NCBI GenBank assembly: GCA_026396705.1
Contig: JAPLWE010000064.1
Coordinates: forward strand, 1-46,285
Length of the DNA stretch: 46,285 bases
Direction of reading: 5' to 3'
Source of the DNA: Candidatus Gribaldobacteria bacterium
GTDB lineage: Bacteria > Patescibacteriota > Minisyncoccia > Minisyncoccales > CG1-02-41-26
Made by a program: the position numbers and the translations under genes. Below the pieces are notes generated by a model. That model did not search any database and was not told the origin of the DNA. It saw only the letters and a list, made by a program, of their open reading frames with translations. This document shows, one piece after another, positions 24,604 to 33,842 of the stretch; within the stretch, counting starts at the first letter, position 1; each line of letters opens with the position of its first letter.

Positions 24604-26336
24604 TAGCCAAAACTATTCCTGAGGCATTTTTAGAATCAGCTGAAAAGTTTGGCCGCAAAACCGCTCTTCTGTATAAGCGAGATGGTGTTTATTTCCCTAT
24701 TACTTATAGCCAAATGGCTGAAAAAGTAAAAACTTTGGCTGTGGGCTTGAGCAAATTTGGTGTGCAAAAGGGTGATAAAGTAGCTATTTTAAGCGAAAAC
24801 AGGCCAGAATGGGCTATCGCTGATTTGGCCACTATGCTTTTAGGGGGCATTGTGATTCCTTTGCATATTACATTTAGCCCGCAAGCTATCAGTAAAATTA
24901 TTGAGCACTCGCAAGCTAAGATTGTTATTGTGGCTAATAACAATTTATTGAACAAAATTTTACTTAGCCAAAACAGTTTGCCATATCTTGAAAAAATAGT
25001 GCTCTTGGAAAGAGTAGCTGTTGAAGCAGGAGCTTGGCAAGACCGCATTTTTTATTGGGAGTGGCTACTTACTCATAATGATAGCAACCTTTGTAGCAAG
25101 ACACTTTTGCGACCCGATGATGTTTGCAGCATTGTTTATACCTCTGGCACCACTGGCGAGCCCAAGGGCGTGATGCTTACCCATAATAATTTTTTAAGCA
25201 ACAGCGTCGCTGTGACCGAAGTTGTCGCGGTTAAACCCAGCGACATTTTTTTATCTTTTTTGCCGTTGTCGCATGTTTTAGAACGCTTGGCAGGCTATTA
25301 TGCTCCGCTTTTAAGCGGGGCAACCATTGCTTACGCTGAAAACATTAAGCAATTATCAGCCAATCTTAAAGAAATTAAGCCTACTTTTTTAATTTCAGTG
25401 CCACGCATTTTTGAGAAAATGTATGAAACAATTTGGGAGAAAGCTAAAACTTCTGAACTGAAAAAGAAAATTTTTCTTTGGGCATTAAAGCAAGGCAAAA
25501 AAGGCATTAGGCATTATTTAGCCGACCAGCTTGTTTTCAAAAAAATTAGAAAGCAATTGGGCGGGCGATTGCGTTTGACAGTTTCGGGTGGCGCGGCGCT
25601 TAATGAAAAAATTGCCCGCTTCTTCTTAAAAATGGGCCTAACCGTGCTTGAAGGTTATGGCTTAACTGAAACATCGCCGGTGGTGGCGGTTAATCACGAA
25701 AAAGATTTTAAGATTGGGGCGGTTGGTAAAATTGTTCCGCAGGTTGAAGTTAAAATTAGTTCTACTAAAGAAATTTTAGTGAAAGGGCCAAATGTATTCA
25801 AGGGTTATTACAAAAATCAAGAAGAAACCCAGCTGGCCTTTGATGAAAATGGTTGGTTCAAAACCGGCGACTTGGGCTTTTTGGATAAAGATGGTTTTTT
25901 GACTATTATCGGTCGGCGTAAAGAAATGCTTGTTACCTCGGGTGGCAAAAATGTCTGGCCTGAAGCCGTAGAAAGCGAATTAAGCAAAGACCGCTTTATT
26001 GCCAGCTCAATAGTGCTGGGCAACAATCATAAATTTATTGGCGCTTTAATTACGCCTGATTGGCAAAAAGTTGAGCAGTTTTTCAAGGAAAACAATTTAC
26101 CCTTGCAACCACCCGAGCAATTAGTTAATAGTAAAGTATTAATTGACCTTTTTCAACAGCGCTTAGATGAAAAAGTTAATCCCAATCTTTCCGAATATGA
26201 AAAAATTCGCGCATTTAAGTTGTTGCCCCGGGATTTTTCTCAAGAACAAGGCGAGCTTACCCCTACTCTTAAACTGCGTCGCCATGTTATTGAACAGCAC
26301 TATCATATTGAAATTGCCGACCTCTTTGGCGAGTAA
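24600..26336 (+). CDS. Long-chain acyl-CoA synthetase (AMP-binding family)
   Basis: YTSGTTGEPKGV, GYGLTETS and TGDLGFLDKDGFLTIIGRRKE. The start overlaps the previous stop (ATGA). Confidence 0.9.
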   Translation: MIAKTIPEAFLESAEKFGRKTALLYKRDGVYFPITYSQMAEKVKTLAVGLSKFGVQKGDKVAILSENRPEWAIADLATMLLGGIVIPLHITFSPQAISKIIEHSQAKIVIVANNNLLNKILLSQNSLPYLEKIVLLERVAVEAGAWQDRIFYWEWLLTHNDSNLCSKTLLRPDDVCSIVYTSGTTGEPKGVMLTHNNFLSNSVAVTEVVAVKPSDIFLSFLPLSHVLERLAGYYAPLLSGATIAYAENIKQLSANLKEIKPTFLISVPRIFEKMYETIWEKAKTSELKKKIFLWALKQGKKGIRHYLADQLVFKKIRKQLGGRLRLTVSGGAALNEKIARFFLKMGLTVLEGYGLTETSPVVAVNHEKDFKIGAVGKIVPQVEVKISSTKEILVKGPNVFKGYYKNQEETQLAFDENGWFKTGDLGFLDKDGFLTIIGRRKEMLVTSGGKNVWPEAVESELSKDRFIASSIVLGNNHKFIGALITPDWQKVEQFFKENNLPLQPPEQLVNSKVLIDLFQQRLDEKVNPNLSEYEKIRAFKLLPRDFSQEQGELTPTLKLRRHVIEQHYHIEIADLFGE

Positions 26337-26345
26337 AAAACTTTT

Positions 26346-27041
26346 ATGGCGCAAACTCAAGCTTGGGAAAACGAATACAATAGCCCTCAATTAGTAACCA
26401 AGAAGGCCGAACCGCAAAGCGACGCCTTGCGGTTTTTTAAGTATCTCAAAAAAGAAGCAAAAATTGATTTGGCGGGTTTGCATATTTTAGATTTGGGTTG
26501 CGGCACGGGCCGAAATGCTAATTATTTAGCCCAGCTTGGCAATATAGTTGTAGGCATAGACATCTCAAAAACCGCCATTGCTTTGGCAGAAAGCCGAGCC
26601 CTAGAGATGAAAATTGACAGCCAAACTAACTATATTGTGGGAGATATCGGGGCGGGCTATCCTTTTCCTGACGAGCATTTTGATTTGATTTTGGACATTA
26701 CCTCATCAAATTCATTAAATGATCAAGAAAGGAATAACTATATCAAAGAGGTTTATCGCGTTTTGAAAAAAGATAGCTATTTATTTGTGCGAGGCTTACG
26801 CAAAGACGGCGACAAAAACGCCAAAAATTTATTAAAGCTTTACCCCGGGCCCGAACATGACACTTATACTATTAAAGAGCTGGGTTTAGTTGAAAGAGTT
26901 TTTAGTGAAAAAGATTTCCGACAATTTTATAGCCATCATTTCAAGATTAAAAAACTGCTTAAAAAATCCGGCTACGCCAAATTTAAAAACCAAAACTATA
27001 AAAGAAACTATTGGCTAGCCTACCTACAAAAAACCGATTAA
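26346..27041 (+). CDS. Class I SAM-dependent methyltransferase
   Basis: Motif I is ILDLGCGTGRNANYLAQLG. Confidence 0.85.
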   Translation: MAQTQAWENEYNSPQLVTKKAEPQSDALRFFKYLKKEAKIDLAGLHILDLGCGTGRNANYLAQLGNIVVGIDISKTAIALAESRALEMKIDSQTNYIVGDIGAGYPFPDEHFDLILDITSSNSLNDQERNNYIKEVYRVLKKDSYLFVRGLRKDGDKNAKNLLKLYPGPEHDTYTIKELGLVERVFSEKDFRQFYSHHFKIKKLLKKSGYAKFKNQNYKRNYWLAYLQKTD

Positions 27042-27118
27042 AAGATATATGAACTTTGCCTTAAAATTTAATATCTCTGAATAAATAGATTACGCAAGAA
27101 TAAATGAAGGCCTTGCGA

Positions 27119-27165
27119 TTGACTTTTGCTTTTTTGTCCAGTATAATGCTTCTACTGGACAAAAA
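27119..27165 (+). promoter_or_regulatory. Near-consensus promoter overlapped by a 13-bp perfect inverted repeat (operator-like)
   Basis: TTGACT (27119-27124), 17 nt, TATAAT (27142-27147). The IR is TTTTTGTCCAGTA (27131-27143) / TACTGGACAAAAA (27153-27165). An extra half-site TTTTGTCCA lies at 27173-27181. Confidence 0.55.
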
Positions 27166-27197
27166 CAACCTATTTTGTCCATTAGAAGTAAAATAAT

Positions 27198-28493
27198 ATG
27201 CAAAATAGCCTGAAAAATGTCGTTTCTAGCCAAAAATTGCAAAAAGAGGAGCTTTTGGCTCTTGCCTACATAGATAGAACCAAAGAACCATTTGCTAGAA
27301 AATGGTTGGATTCAACTTTAATAAAAGTTGTTCTCGGCCCTCGACGGGCTGGCAAGTCGGTGTTTTCTCTTATGCTTTTGAAGGATTATCCGTTTATGTA
27401 TTTCAATTTTGATGATGAAATATTGTCAAATATAGGCGGCGTATCTACAGACGAACTAATGAAAGAATTGCATGTCGCGTATGGTGGCGATGTAAAAACT
27501 ATTTTGTTTGATGAAATACAAAACCTGCCAAGTTGGGAGCTCTTTGTTAATCGTTTGCATCGCGCTGGGTATAATCTTGTGCTTACCGGATCTAACGCAC
27601 AGTTACTCTCAAAAGAACTTGCCACGCATCTTACTGGCAGGCATATGCCCATAGAAATATTGCCGTTTGATTTCAACGAATTTCTTCGAGCAAAAAAATT
27701 CGTTATAAACCAAGAATACGCTTCTTTGCCGCGACAACGAGGCGAACTGTTGCATCTTACGGAAAATTATCTTCTTAATGGCGGATTTCCCGAAGTGACA
27801 TTAAATAATGTTGATTCCAAAGATTACCTTGATGTTCTTCTTGACGCGTCTCTTTTCAAAGATGTGGTCAAGAGACATAGGGTTAAATTTTCAACCCAGA
27901 TAGGCAACTTGGCCGCGCATCTGATAAATAATTTTGCCAATTTGTATACGGCGCGCAAACTGCTTGAGGCCTTAAACTTAAAGAGCGCCACCACTATAGA
28001 AAAATACATAGATTATCTTGAAGAGGCATATTTAATTTTTTCCTTGCTCCGCTACTCGCCAAAATCGTTAGAACGGATAAAGTCGCCCCGAAAAGTTTAT
28101 GTTGTTGATAATGGTTTTGTCGGCGCAAAAGCAATTCAGCATTCTCCCGACAAAGGCAGGTTGATGGAAAATCTTGTCTTTATTGAACTCGTTAAGCGCG
28201 GAGTGAAGCCGAATAGAGAATTGTTTTATTACAAAACTCGCAATAATCGTGAAGTTGATTTTGTGGTAAAAAAAGGAATAGAGGTGGCCGAACTGATACA
28301 AGTTTGCTATGACCTAACAAATCCAGAAGCTGAACAAAGAGAAATAAAAGCTTTGATTGAAGCAGGTAAAGAGTTAAAAGTAAAAAAATTGACGATACTC
28401 ACTTGGGACGAAAGCCGACAGATAGAAAAGGACGGCATAATAATAAAGGTTGCGCCGCTTTGGGAATGGCTTCTTGAGAAAACTATATTATGA
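27198..28493 (+). CDS. AAA ATPase, AAA_14 + DUF4143-type (COG1373)
   Basis: Walker A GPRRAGKS and Walker B ILFDEIQN. The C-terminal REVDFVVKKG..ELIQVCYDL..REIKALIEA pattern is typical of the family. Confidence 0.85.
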   Translation: MQNSLKNVVSSQKLQKEELLALAYIDRTKEPFARKWLDSTLIKVVLGPRRAGKSVFSLMLLKDYPFMYFNFDDEILSNIGGVSTDELMKELHVAYGGDVKTILFDEIQNLPSWELFVNRLHRAGYNLVLTGSNAQLLSKELATHLTGRHMPIEILPFDFNEFLRAKKFVINQEYASLPRQRGELLHLTENYLLNGGFPEVTLNNVDSKDYLDVLLDASLFKDVVKRHRVKFSTQIGNLAAHLINNFANLYTARKLLEALNLKSATTIEKYIDYLEEAYLIFSLLRYSPKSLERIKSPRKVYVVDNGFVGAKAIQHSPDKGRLMENLVFIELVKRGVKPNRELFYYKTRNNREVDFVVKKGIEVAELIQVCYDLTNPEAEQREIKALIEAGKELKVKKLTILTWDESRQIEKDGIIIKVAPLWEWLLEKTIL

Positions 28494-28969
28494 GAGCGCC
28501 CTATCAAGTGTTGATTTTTCCTTTTATCAAAACAGCCGGCAAGTATTACTACGCTATATTTAAGAGGCGGGATTTGGGCATTTGGCAAGGCCTGGCCGGC
28601 GGGGGCGAGGGCAACGAGAGCCCCATTGAGGCGGCGAGGCGAGAGGCCCACGAGGAGGCGCTGATTGACAAAAAGGCGCGCTATATTAGGTTGGCATCCA
28701 TGACTACCATTCCAGCCGTCAATATCCGCGGCTTAAAATGGGGCGATATTATTATGATTCCCGAGCTGGCCTTTGGCGTTGAAGCGCCATCAAGAGAGCT
28801 GAAAATCAGTAGCGAACACACGCAGTATCTTTGGCTTAGTTATGAGCAGGCCATCAAAAAATTAAAATACGACAGTAACAAATCCGCGCTTTGGGATCTG
28901 GACTATCGCCTAAAAAACGGCCCGGCTGGCGCAGAAAAAAACATCCAATCCATCAAAAAGTTTTTATAA
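28490..28969 (+). CDS. NUDIX hydrolase (NudB-like)
   Basis: The Nudix box is GGGEGNESPIEAARREAHEEALID, preceded by IWQGLAGG. Its ATG overlaps the ATPase stop (ATGA). Confidence 0.85.
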   Translation: MRAPYQVLIFPFIKTAGKYYYAIFKRRDLGIWQGLAGGGEGNESPIEAARREAHEEALIDKKARYIRLASMTTIPAVNIRGLKWGDIIMIPELAFGVEAPSRELKISSEHTQYLWLSYEQAIKKLKYDSNKSALWDLDYRLKNGPAGAEKNIQSIKKFL

Positions 28970-28976
28970 ATTAATT

Positions 28977-29401
28977 ATGACTACAAATAATCAAACTAGG
29001 GCGGTTGTTTCCGCTATTTTGTATAAAGAAGAGACCGGGCAAAAAAAGATATTCTTGCAAACTCGCTGGAAGCCAAACACCAGCCCGATGTATTCCGGGA
29101 TGTTAGAAATACCAGCCGGAGGTATTGACGCTTATGAGAATGTTTATGACAGGCCTTTGTTTTTAAGCCCTATCTTTGCCAGCAGGTTTTGCAAACAAAC
29201 AACGGCTTGCCTTGGATAGGGTTTGTTTTTCTTTGCCGAGCTGAAGGCGCTCCAATTCTTGATCCTAACGAGGCCAAAGACCCGCGCTGGGTTACTATTG
29301 AGGAATTAAGCGAAATAATCAATAAAAACCCAGAAACAATTTTTCCTTTGCAATTACCTGTCTTGCAATATTTTGTCGAGAATCGCTTTGGTCGTGGGTA
29401 G
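28977..29401 (+). pseudogene. Disrupted NUDIX hydrolase gene (frame break, Nudix box lost)
   Basis: Frame 0 gives ..EIPAGGIDAYENVYD and then nonsense. A second frame, open from 29150, gives KPYLCQQVLQTNNGLPWIGFVFLCRAEG..DPRWVTIEEL. No REUxEExG reads in any frame. Confidence 0.65.
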
Positions 29402-29418
29402 GCCATTAAAAATTAAAA

Positions 29419-29452
29419 CATCCCAAACTTAGCCAGAGCTAATTTTGGGATG
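29419..29452. terminator. Hairpin between convergent genes
   Basis: CATCCCAAA (29419-29427) pairs with TTTGGGATG (29444-29452). The T-tract is weak. Confidence 0.5.
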
Positions 29453-29459
29453 ATGGATG

Positions 29460-30767
29460 TTAATTAACAAATTTTTTTAATGCGCTATTATAGGTGCTGG
29501 CAACACCGAGCCTCACTAAGGCGTCTGCGGCTAATCCGGCGTGGGTAGAAATGGCAGCAAAGGATGGTATATAGACTTTGTAGCCCATTACCCTGAGAGC
29601 CTCAAGGAAAGCTTCATTTTCTGCAAATCCTCCAGTGACGCCTATTTCATTTTTTTGTTCTAAATCGAGAGTTTTTGCTACTTCTTTATCTTTCTGTATG
29701 CCCGCATAGGCTACGGTTTTAATAAAAAAGGGCACTACTCGGTTTTTCTTTTCTGCTTTTTTCATTATAAAGTCAGCGCCAGAAGTGGCATCATTGGGCA
29801 ATTCTCTTATATCTTCATCGCTAAGATGGCTTTCTTGTTCTGTTCTCATGAAAGGGAGGCTGTATTCGGAGGCTTTTTTATAGCTTAGCCCAAGGCGGCG
29901 GAGCAATTCTTTATAAATAGCTCCGAACATTTTAACATTTGTAATGGCAGATCGTTTAGATCCAAGACCTTCAAAAGAGATTTGGGCTTCAAAAGTCTTT
30001 TCGTTTGGTTTTATTGAGGGGTCTACTTGATGAGCGCTGCCAAACCATGAACCAGTCCATAATAATGATTCACATTCGGCGAAGCCTGTTATCCGAGAAT
30101 ACAAGGAATCGTGCGAAAATGGGACTATAATTATTCCAGATGATTCTGTAATTAATTCTTGTTCTTGGAATAATGCCCAGGGTCTTATCCTGGCGACAAT
30201 GTTTGGTTCAAATATTTTTTCATATACACTTCGCCAATTTTTTGCTAACAGCCCTTGGCTATTGAGCATATTCGGATCGTGTTTTCTTTCTTCAGATAAA
30301 TACCAAGTTATGTGGTCATTAAATGGTATGATGGCTTTTGAGCCATATTTAATTTGGGGCCATCTTTTTTTAATGGCTTCCAATTGAGCATAGGGCTGAT
30401 AAATATCTACATTCACTCCGCCTGTATTCAAATAGATTTCTAGCGGTGGCACGATACTTTTAACCATTTCAAGGTGCTTTTGCTGGACTGATTGATAGTG
30501 CTGGATGCTAGGAGATGACCAATGAAGATCGGCGCCCCAGGTGGCTCCAGTGATAACATCGCCAGAGGTGGCATAATTTTTTATCATTTGGAAAAATGTA
30601 GCAAGCCAACGCGTGGGCATGCATATTGCTCCATTAGTGGATTTTTCCCACGGTATGTCGGCGCGCAGTATTTCTCTGGGCTTTTCTTTTATTTTAAACT
30701 CCATTACCGTTACGCCCGAGCTCACTCCAAAAACAATAGCAATAATTCTCTTTTGAAAATTATTCAT
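29460..30767 (-). CDS. FGGY/ASKHA-family sugar-kinase-like protein (rhamnulokinase-like, divergent)
   Basis: IIAIVFGVSSGV compares with RhaB AVDLGASSGR, ITGATWGADLHW with DTWGVD, and the C-terminal GVTGGFAENEAFLEAL..STHAGLAADAL with GGGxxN..EAxxLG. Strong SD upstream. Confidence 0.55.
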   Translation of the reverse strand: MNNFQKRIIAIVFGVSSGVTVMEFKIKEKPREILRADIPWEKSTNGAICMPTRWLATFFQMIKNYATSGDVITGATWGADLHWSSPSIQHYQSVQQKHLEMVKSIVPPLEIYLNTGGVNVDIYQPYAQLEAIKKRWPQIKYGSKAIIPFNDHITWYLSEERKHDPNMLNSQGLLAKNWRSVYEKIFEPNIVARIRPWALFQEQELITESSGIIIVPFSHDSLYSRITGFAECESLLWTGSWFGSAHQVDPSIKPNEKTFEAQISFEGLGSKRSAITNVKMFGAIYKELLRRLGLSYKKASEYSLPFMRTEQESHLSDEDIRELPNDATSGADFIMKKAEKKNRVVPFFIKTVAYAGIQKDKEVAKTLDLEQKNEIGVTGGFAENEAFLEALRVMGYKVYIPSFAAISTHAGLAADALVRLGVASTYNSALKKFVN

Positions 30768-30883
30768 TTATCCTTCCTCCTTATGAAGATTATGTGTATT
30801 AAAGGTTCTGTGACGGCTCTAATATTAAACATTATCTTGGAAAAGTAAAGGGGTTGTGCTAATGTTTAAGGAAATAGAAATAT

Positions 30884-32290
30884 ATGGATATTGGCATTAT
30901 TGGGCTTGGACCATTTTGCAAGCAAAACTATATAAAATTTATCCAAAAATATAAAGATGATTATAATATCAATGTAGAGTTTTTGGTTGATGTTATTGGC
31001 GATAGCGAGTCTATTGCTAGTTATTTGCAAAAAGAAGGCATTGCGGTTGAGCAATTGATTTTTGTTGAAGGCGAGGAAAGGTTTTCGCCGGAGATAGAAA
31101 GAAATACAATAAAACAATTAGAAGTAATTCTTGAACATAAAAAAATAGATGTTGTTATAATCTCAACCGAACCGAAATCTCACTTTAAGTATTTAAAGTT
31201 TTTTATTGAAAAAGGAATTCATATAATAGTAGATAAACCGCCCGTTGCTGGCTTTGATTATGAATTCAATACCATAATCAGCCAAAGGATGATTTTAGAA
31301 AAAGATAATATTATAGCGATGCTTAACGCTAAGGCAGATGTCAAATGCCTTGTTACTACGCAACGAAGAAGCCATAAAGGATTTTTATGTATCAAGAAGC
31401 TTCTGGGCGACATCGTTAATGAATATGATCTTCCTATTAATTATATGGAGTGTTTTCATAGCGACGGAATGTGGAATATGCCCGATGAACTAATTTATCG
31501 GGAAAATCACCCTTATAGGTTTGGTTATGGCAAGATTATGCATTCTGGCTATCATTTTATTGATATGGTTTTTTGGTTGCAGGAGATTAATAAAGAAATC
31601 GAAAAATACTCTATTGCTTCTATGAAATTTAGTTGCCAAGATTTCGTTAAAAATATTAAAATAAATAACTACGAACAATTGTTAAAAACAAAAGATTTCC
31701 ACAGGCTACTTGCTAATCATACTTTATATAGAGGTTTCGGCGAGATTGATAGTTATAATATTTTTCAATTTAAAAGGGAGGATAATTCGGTAATTTCTTC
31801 TTGTCCGGTGAATCTTTTGCAGAATTCTTTCAGCCGAAGAGCTTGGCGTGAATTACCAGAGGATATGTATAAGTCCAACGGCCGATTGAGGCACGAAATG
31901 TGGAATATAGAAATTGCTCCAGTCTTGTGCATACAAATTCATAGTTATCAGTCTTTTGAGAATCAAAATCAAGAGGAAGAAAAATCTTTTAAGCAAGGCG
32001 ATGTTGGCAGTGAGGATCATTTTGATATCAATATTTTTCGTAATACCCAATTAATTGGCGGGGAGGGTTTTGAGCAGATTAAATTGGGCGTAATGGAAAA
32101 AGATTTAATGAAAGAGTCAAGGTTTACGATCATCAAACAGGTATTTGATTATATTAAAGATAAAAAAGATATAAAGCTTGAATCTGAATTTCAGGACCAT
32201 AATAATACCATTACAGCGATTGCTGAAATATATAATTTATATAAATCCAATCAATATGTTGCGCATAATATCAAATACTTTAATAGATAA
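30884..32290 (+). CDS. Gfo/Idh/MocA-family oxidoreductase
   Basis: N-terminal Rossmann motif IGIIGLGPF, then VVIISTEPKSHFKYLKFFIEKGIHIIVDKP. Confidence 0.72.
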   Translation: MDIGIIGLGPFCKQNYIKFIQKYKDDYNINVEFLVDVIGDSESIASYLQKEGIAVEQLIFVEGEERFSPEIERNTIKQLEVILEHKKIDVVIISTEPKSHFKYLKFFIEKGIHIIVDKPPVAGFDYEFNTIISQRMILEKDNIIAMLNAKADVKCLVTTQRRSHKGFLCIKKLLGDIVNEYDLPINYMECFHSDGMWNMPDELIYRENHPYRFGYGKIMHSGYHFIDMVFWLQEINKEIEKYSIASMKFSCQDFVKNIKINNYEQLLKTKDFHRLLANHTLYRGFGEIDSYNIFQFKREDNSVISSCPVNLLQNSFSRRAWRELPEDMYKSNGRLRHEMWNIEIAPVLCIQIHSYQSFENQNQEEEKSFKQGDVGSEDHFDINIFRNTQLIGGEGFEQIKLGVMEKDLMKESRFTIIKQVFDYIKDKKDIKLESEFQDHNNTITAIAEIYNLYKSNQYVAHNIKYFNR

Positions 32291-33842
32291 GATCAGAGAG
32301 ATGTTTGGGGGAAATATTATAAACATTGAAAATGTGTCTGGCGGTCTGGTGCATTATACTTATCTAGTTGTAATCGAAAAGGGAGAACAATTTATTTTGA
32401 AAATTAGGGGTGATTCGTTCAAGGAAAACTCTGACTTATATTTAGCGCCAAATGATATAGAGTTTGAGGCTGAGGTTATGAAATTATTAAATCAATTAAT
32501 GCCCGGCTGTGTGCCAGAATTAATTAATTTTTTTATGGAAGAGAACGCAATATTAATGAGCAATATCGGCGGGCAAGAGAGTAATTTTGTTCAACTAATG
32601 CAAAATGGCAAGTTGTCCTTAAAAGATTATTATAATATAGGCAAGCAAACGGGTGATTTTTGCGGCAGGATCAATAAAGAACATTTCAAGCTGAAATGCG
32701 ATAAAACCGCGGTTAATTTTGAGGATAATTTAACATTTAGATTAAACAGGCACAATCTTCCGTATCTAAGCGAGCTGGTAAAAACTGTAAAAGCTGCCAA
32801 TAAATTCAATATTTTTGGCGATTTATCTCCCAAAAATATTTTTTACATAGATGGAAAAGTTAAAATTTGCGATTTTGACAACTTCCAGACAGGACCGTTA
32901 GAGCTGGATAAATATTATTTGCTGGCTCATATCATAATTAATAATTTATCTAATGCTCTATTGGTTGATATAGTCAATAATTTTCTTTTGGGGTTTGCTG
33001 AATCTGATATTAAGGATCAGTTATCGTGGGAGATGATTTTTAAGTATATTCTATCTATAATTATTTACAGGTTTGATAATAACGCGATAAAATATGATTG
33101 CAGTAAGTCCGTAGAAGATCGTTATGAACTTGCGCAAAAGATTTATTATGCTTTTTATACTGATAAGAATTTTGATGACATGGGGCAGCTTATTTTTTAT
33201 CTTACTTCAGACAAAGTAAACGAGATTGAAGCCAAAATACTGGAAGTTAATTATAAAATTATTATTGATAAGCTGGAATCTAACAACTCTGTATTAATAC
33301 TGGACGATACAACCACCATTGAATCTTATGAAACACCCCATAAAGCTCCCGAACTTTCTGGAGACGAAGAGTTGGATGAGATGGTAAAACATTTATCTTT
33401 AATTACAAAAGGGTTTACCGTGTCTCTTGACGCGGCAGGGGCCTATTTGCGAATTAGAAGACAAAAGGGGGTATATGAATTTACTTTGAAATATAAGATT
33501 GGCGGAGAAGATCCTAATTTAAAAATTGAAAAAGAGATCAATGTAAAAATTAACGATTCTGATAAATTATTGAAAGTTAAAAAATGGTTATCTGATAATG
33601 GTTTTACTATTGTTTCTAATGAAATTAAAGATAGAAAATCTTACATCAGCCGGCTTTATGGAACAAGGATAGACATTGATAGCTGGCTTAAGCCACTAAT
33701 AGCAACCTATATAGAGATCGAGGGCTTTGACCGCCAATCTATTGAGGAAACCGCTTATTCGCTTGGGTATGCCAAGGAGTCGCTAAGCTCTATTACCGGT
33801 AAAGAGCTTTTTAAGAAATATAATGTAAAACGTGGTTTATGA
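32256..33842 (+). CDS. APH/MtnK-like small-molecule kinase fused to a C-terminal CYTH (CyaB-like triphosphate tunnel) domain
   Basis: Kinase motifs are VSGGLVHYTYLV..FILKIRG, FGDLSPKNIF (the HGDLxxxN position) and ICDFDN. The CYTH region from ~33230 has EIEAKILEV, YLRIRR, FTLKYK, RIDIDSW and TYIEIEG. The start was chosen at the ATG at 32256; 32301 is also possible. Confidence 0.7.
   Translation: MLRIISNTLIDKIREMFGGNIINIENVSGGLVHYTYLVVIEKGEQFILKIRGDSFKENSDLYLAPNDIEFEAEVMKLLNQLMPGCVPELINFFMEENAILMSNIGGQESNFVQLMQNGKLSLKDYYNIGKQTGDFCGRINKEHFKLKCDKTAVNFEDNLTFRLNRHNLPYLSELVKTVKAANKFNIFGDLSPKNIFYIDGKVKICDFDNFQTGPLELDKYYLLAHIIINNLSNALLVDIVNNFLLGFAESDIKDQLSWEMIFKYILSIIIYRFDNNAIKYDCSKSVEDRYELAQKIYYAFYTDKNFDDMGQLIFYLTSDKVNEIEAKILEVNYKIIIDKLESNNSVLILDDTTTIESYETPHKAPELSGDEELDEMVKHLSLITKGFTVSLDAAGAYLRIRRQKGVYEFTLKYKIGGEDPNLKIEKEINVKINDSDKLLKVKKWLSDNGFTIVSNEIKDRKSYISRLYGTRIDIDSWLKPLIATYIEIEGFDRQSIEETAYSLGYAKESLSSITGKELFKKYNVKRGL

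Noticed and set aside
32178-32255. N-terminal extension of the kinase-CYTH ORF, overlapping the oxidoreductase gene by 113 nt.
   Set aside because: The extension (MNLNFRTIIIPLQRLL..) is just the alternative frame of the upstream gene's 3' end. Starts at 32256 or 32301 are more plausible.
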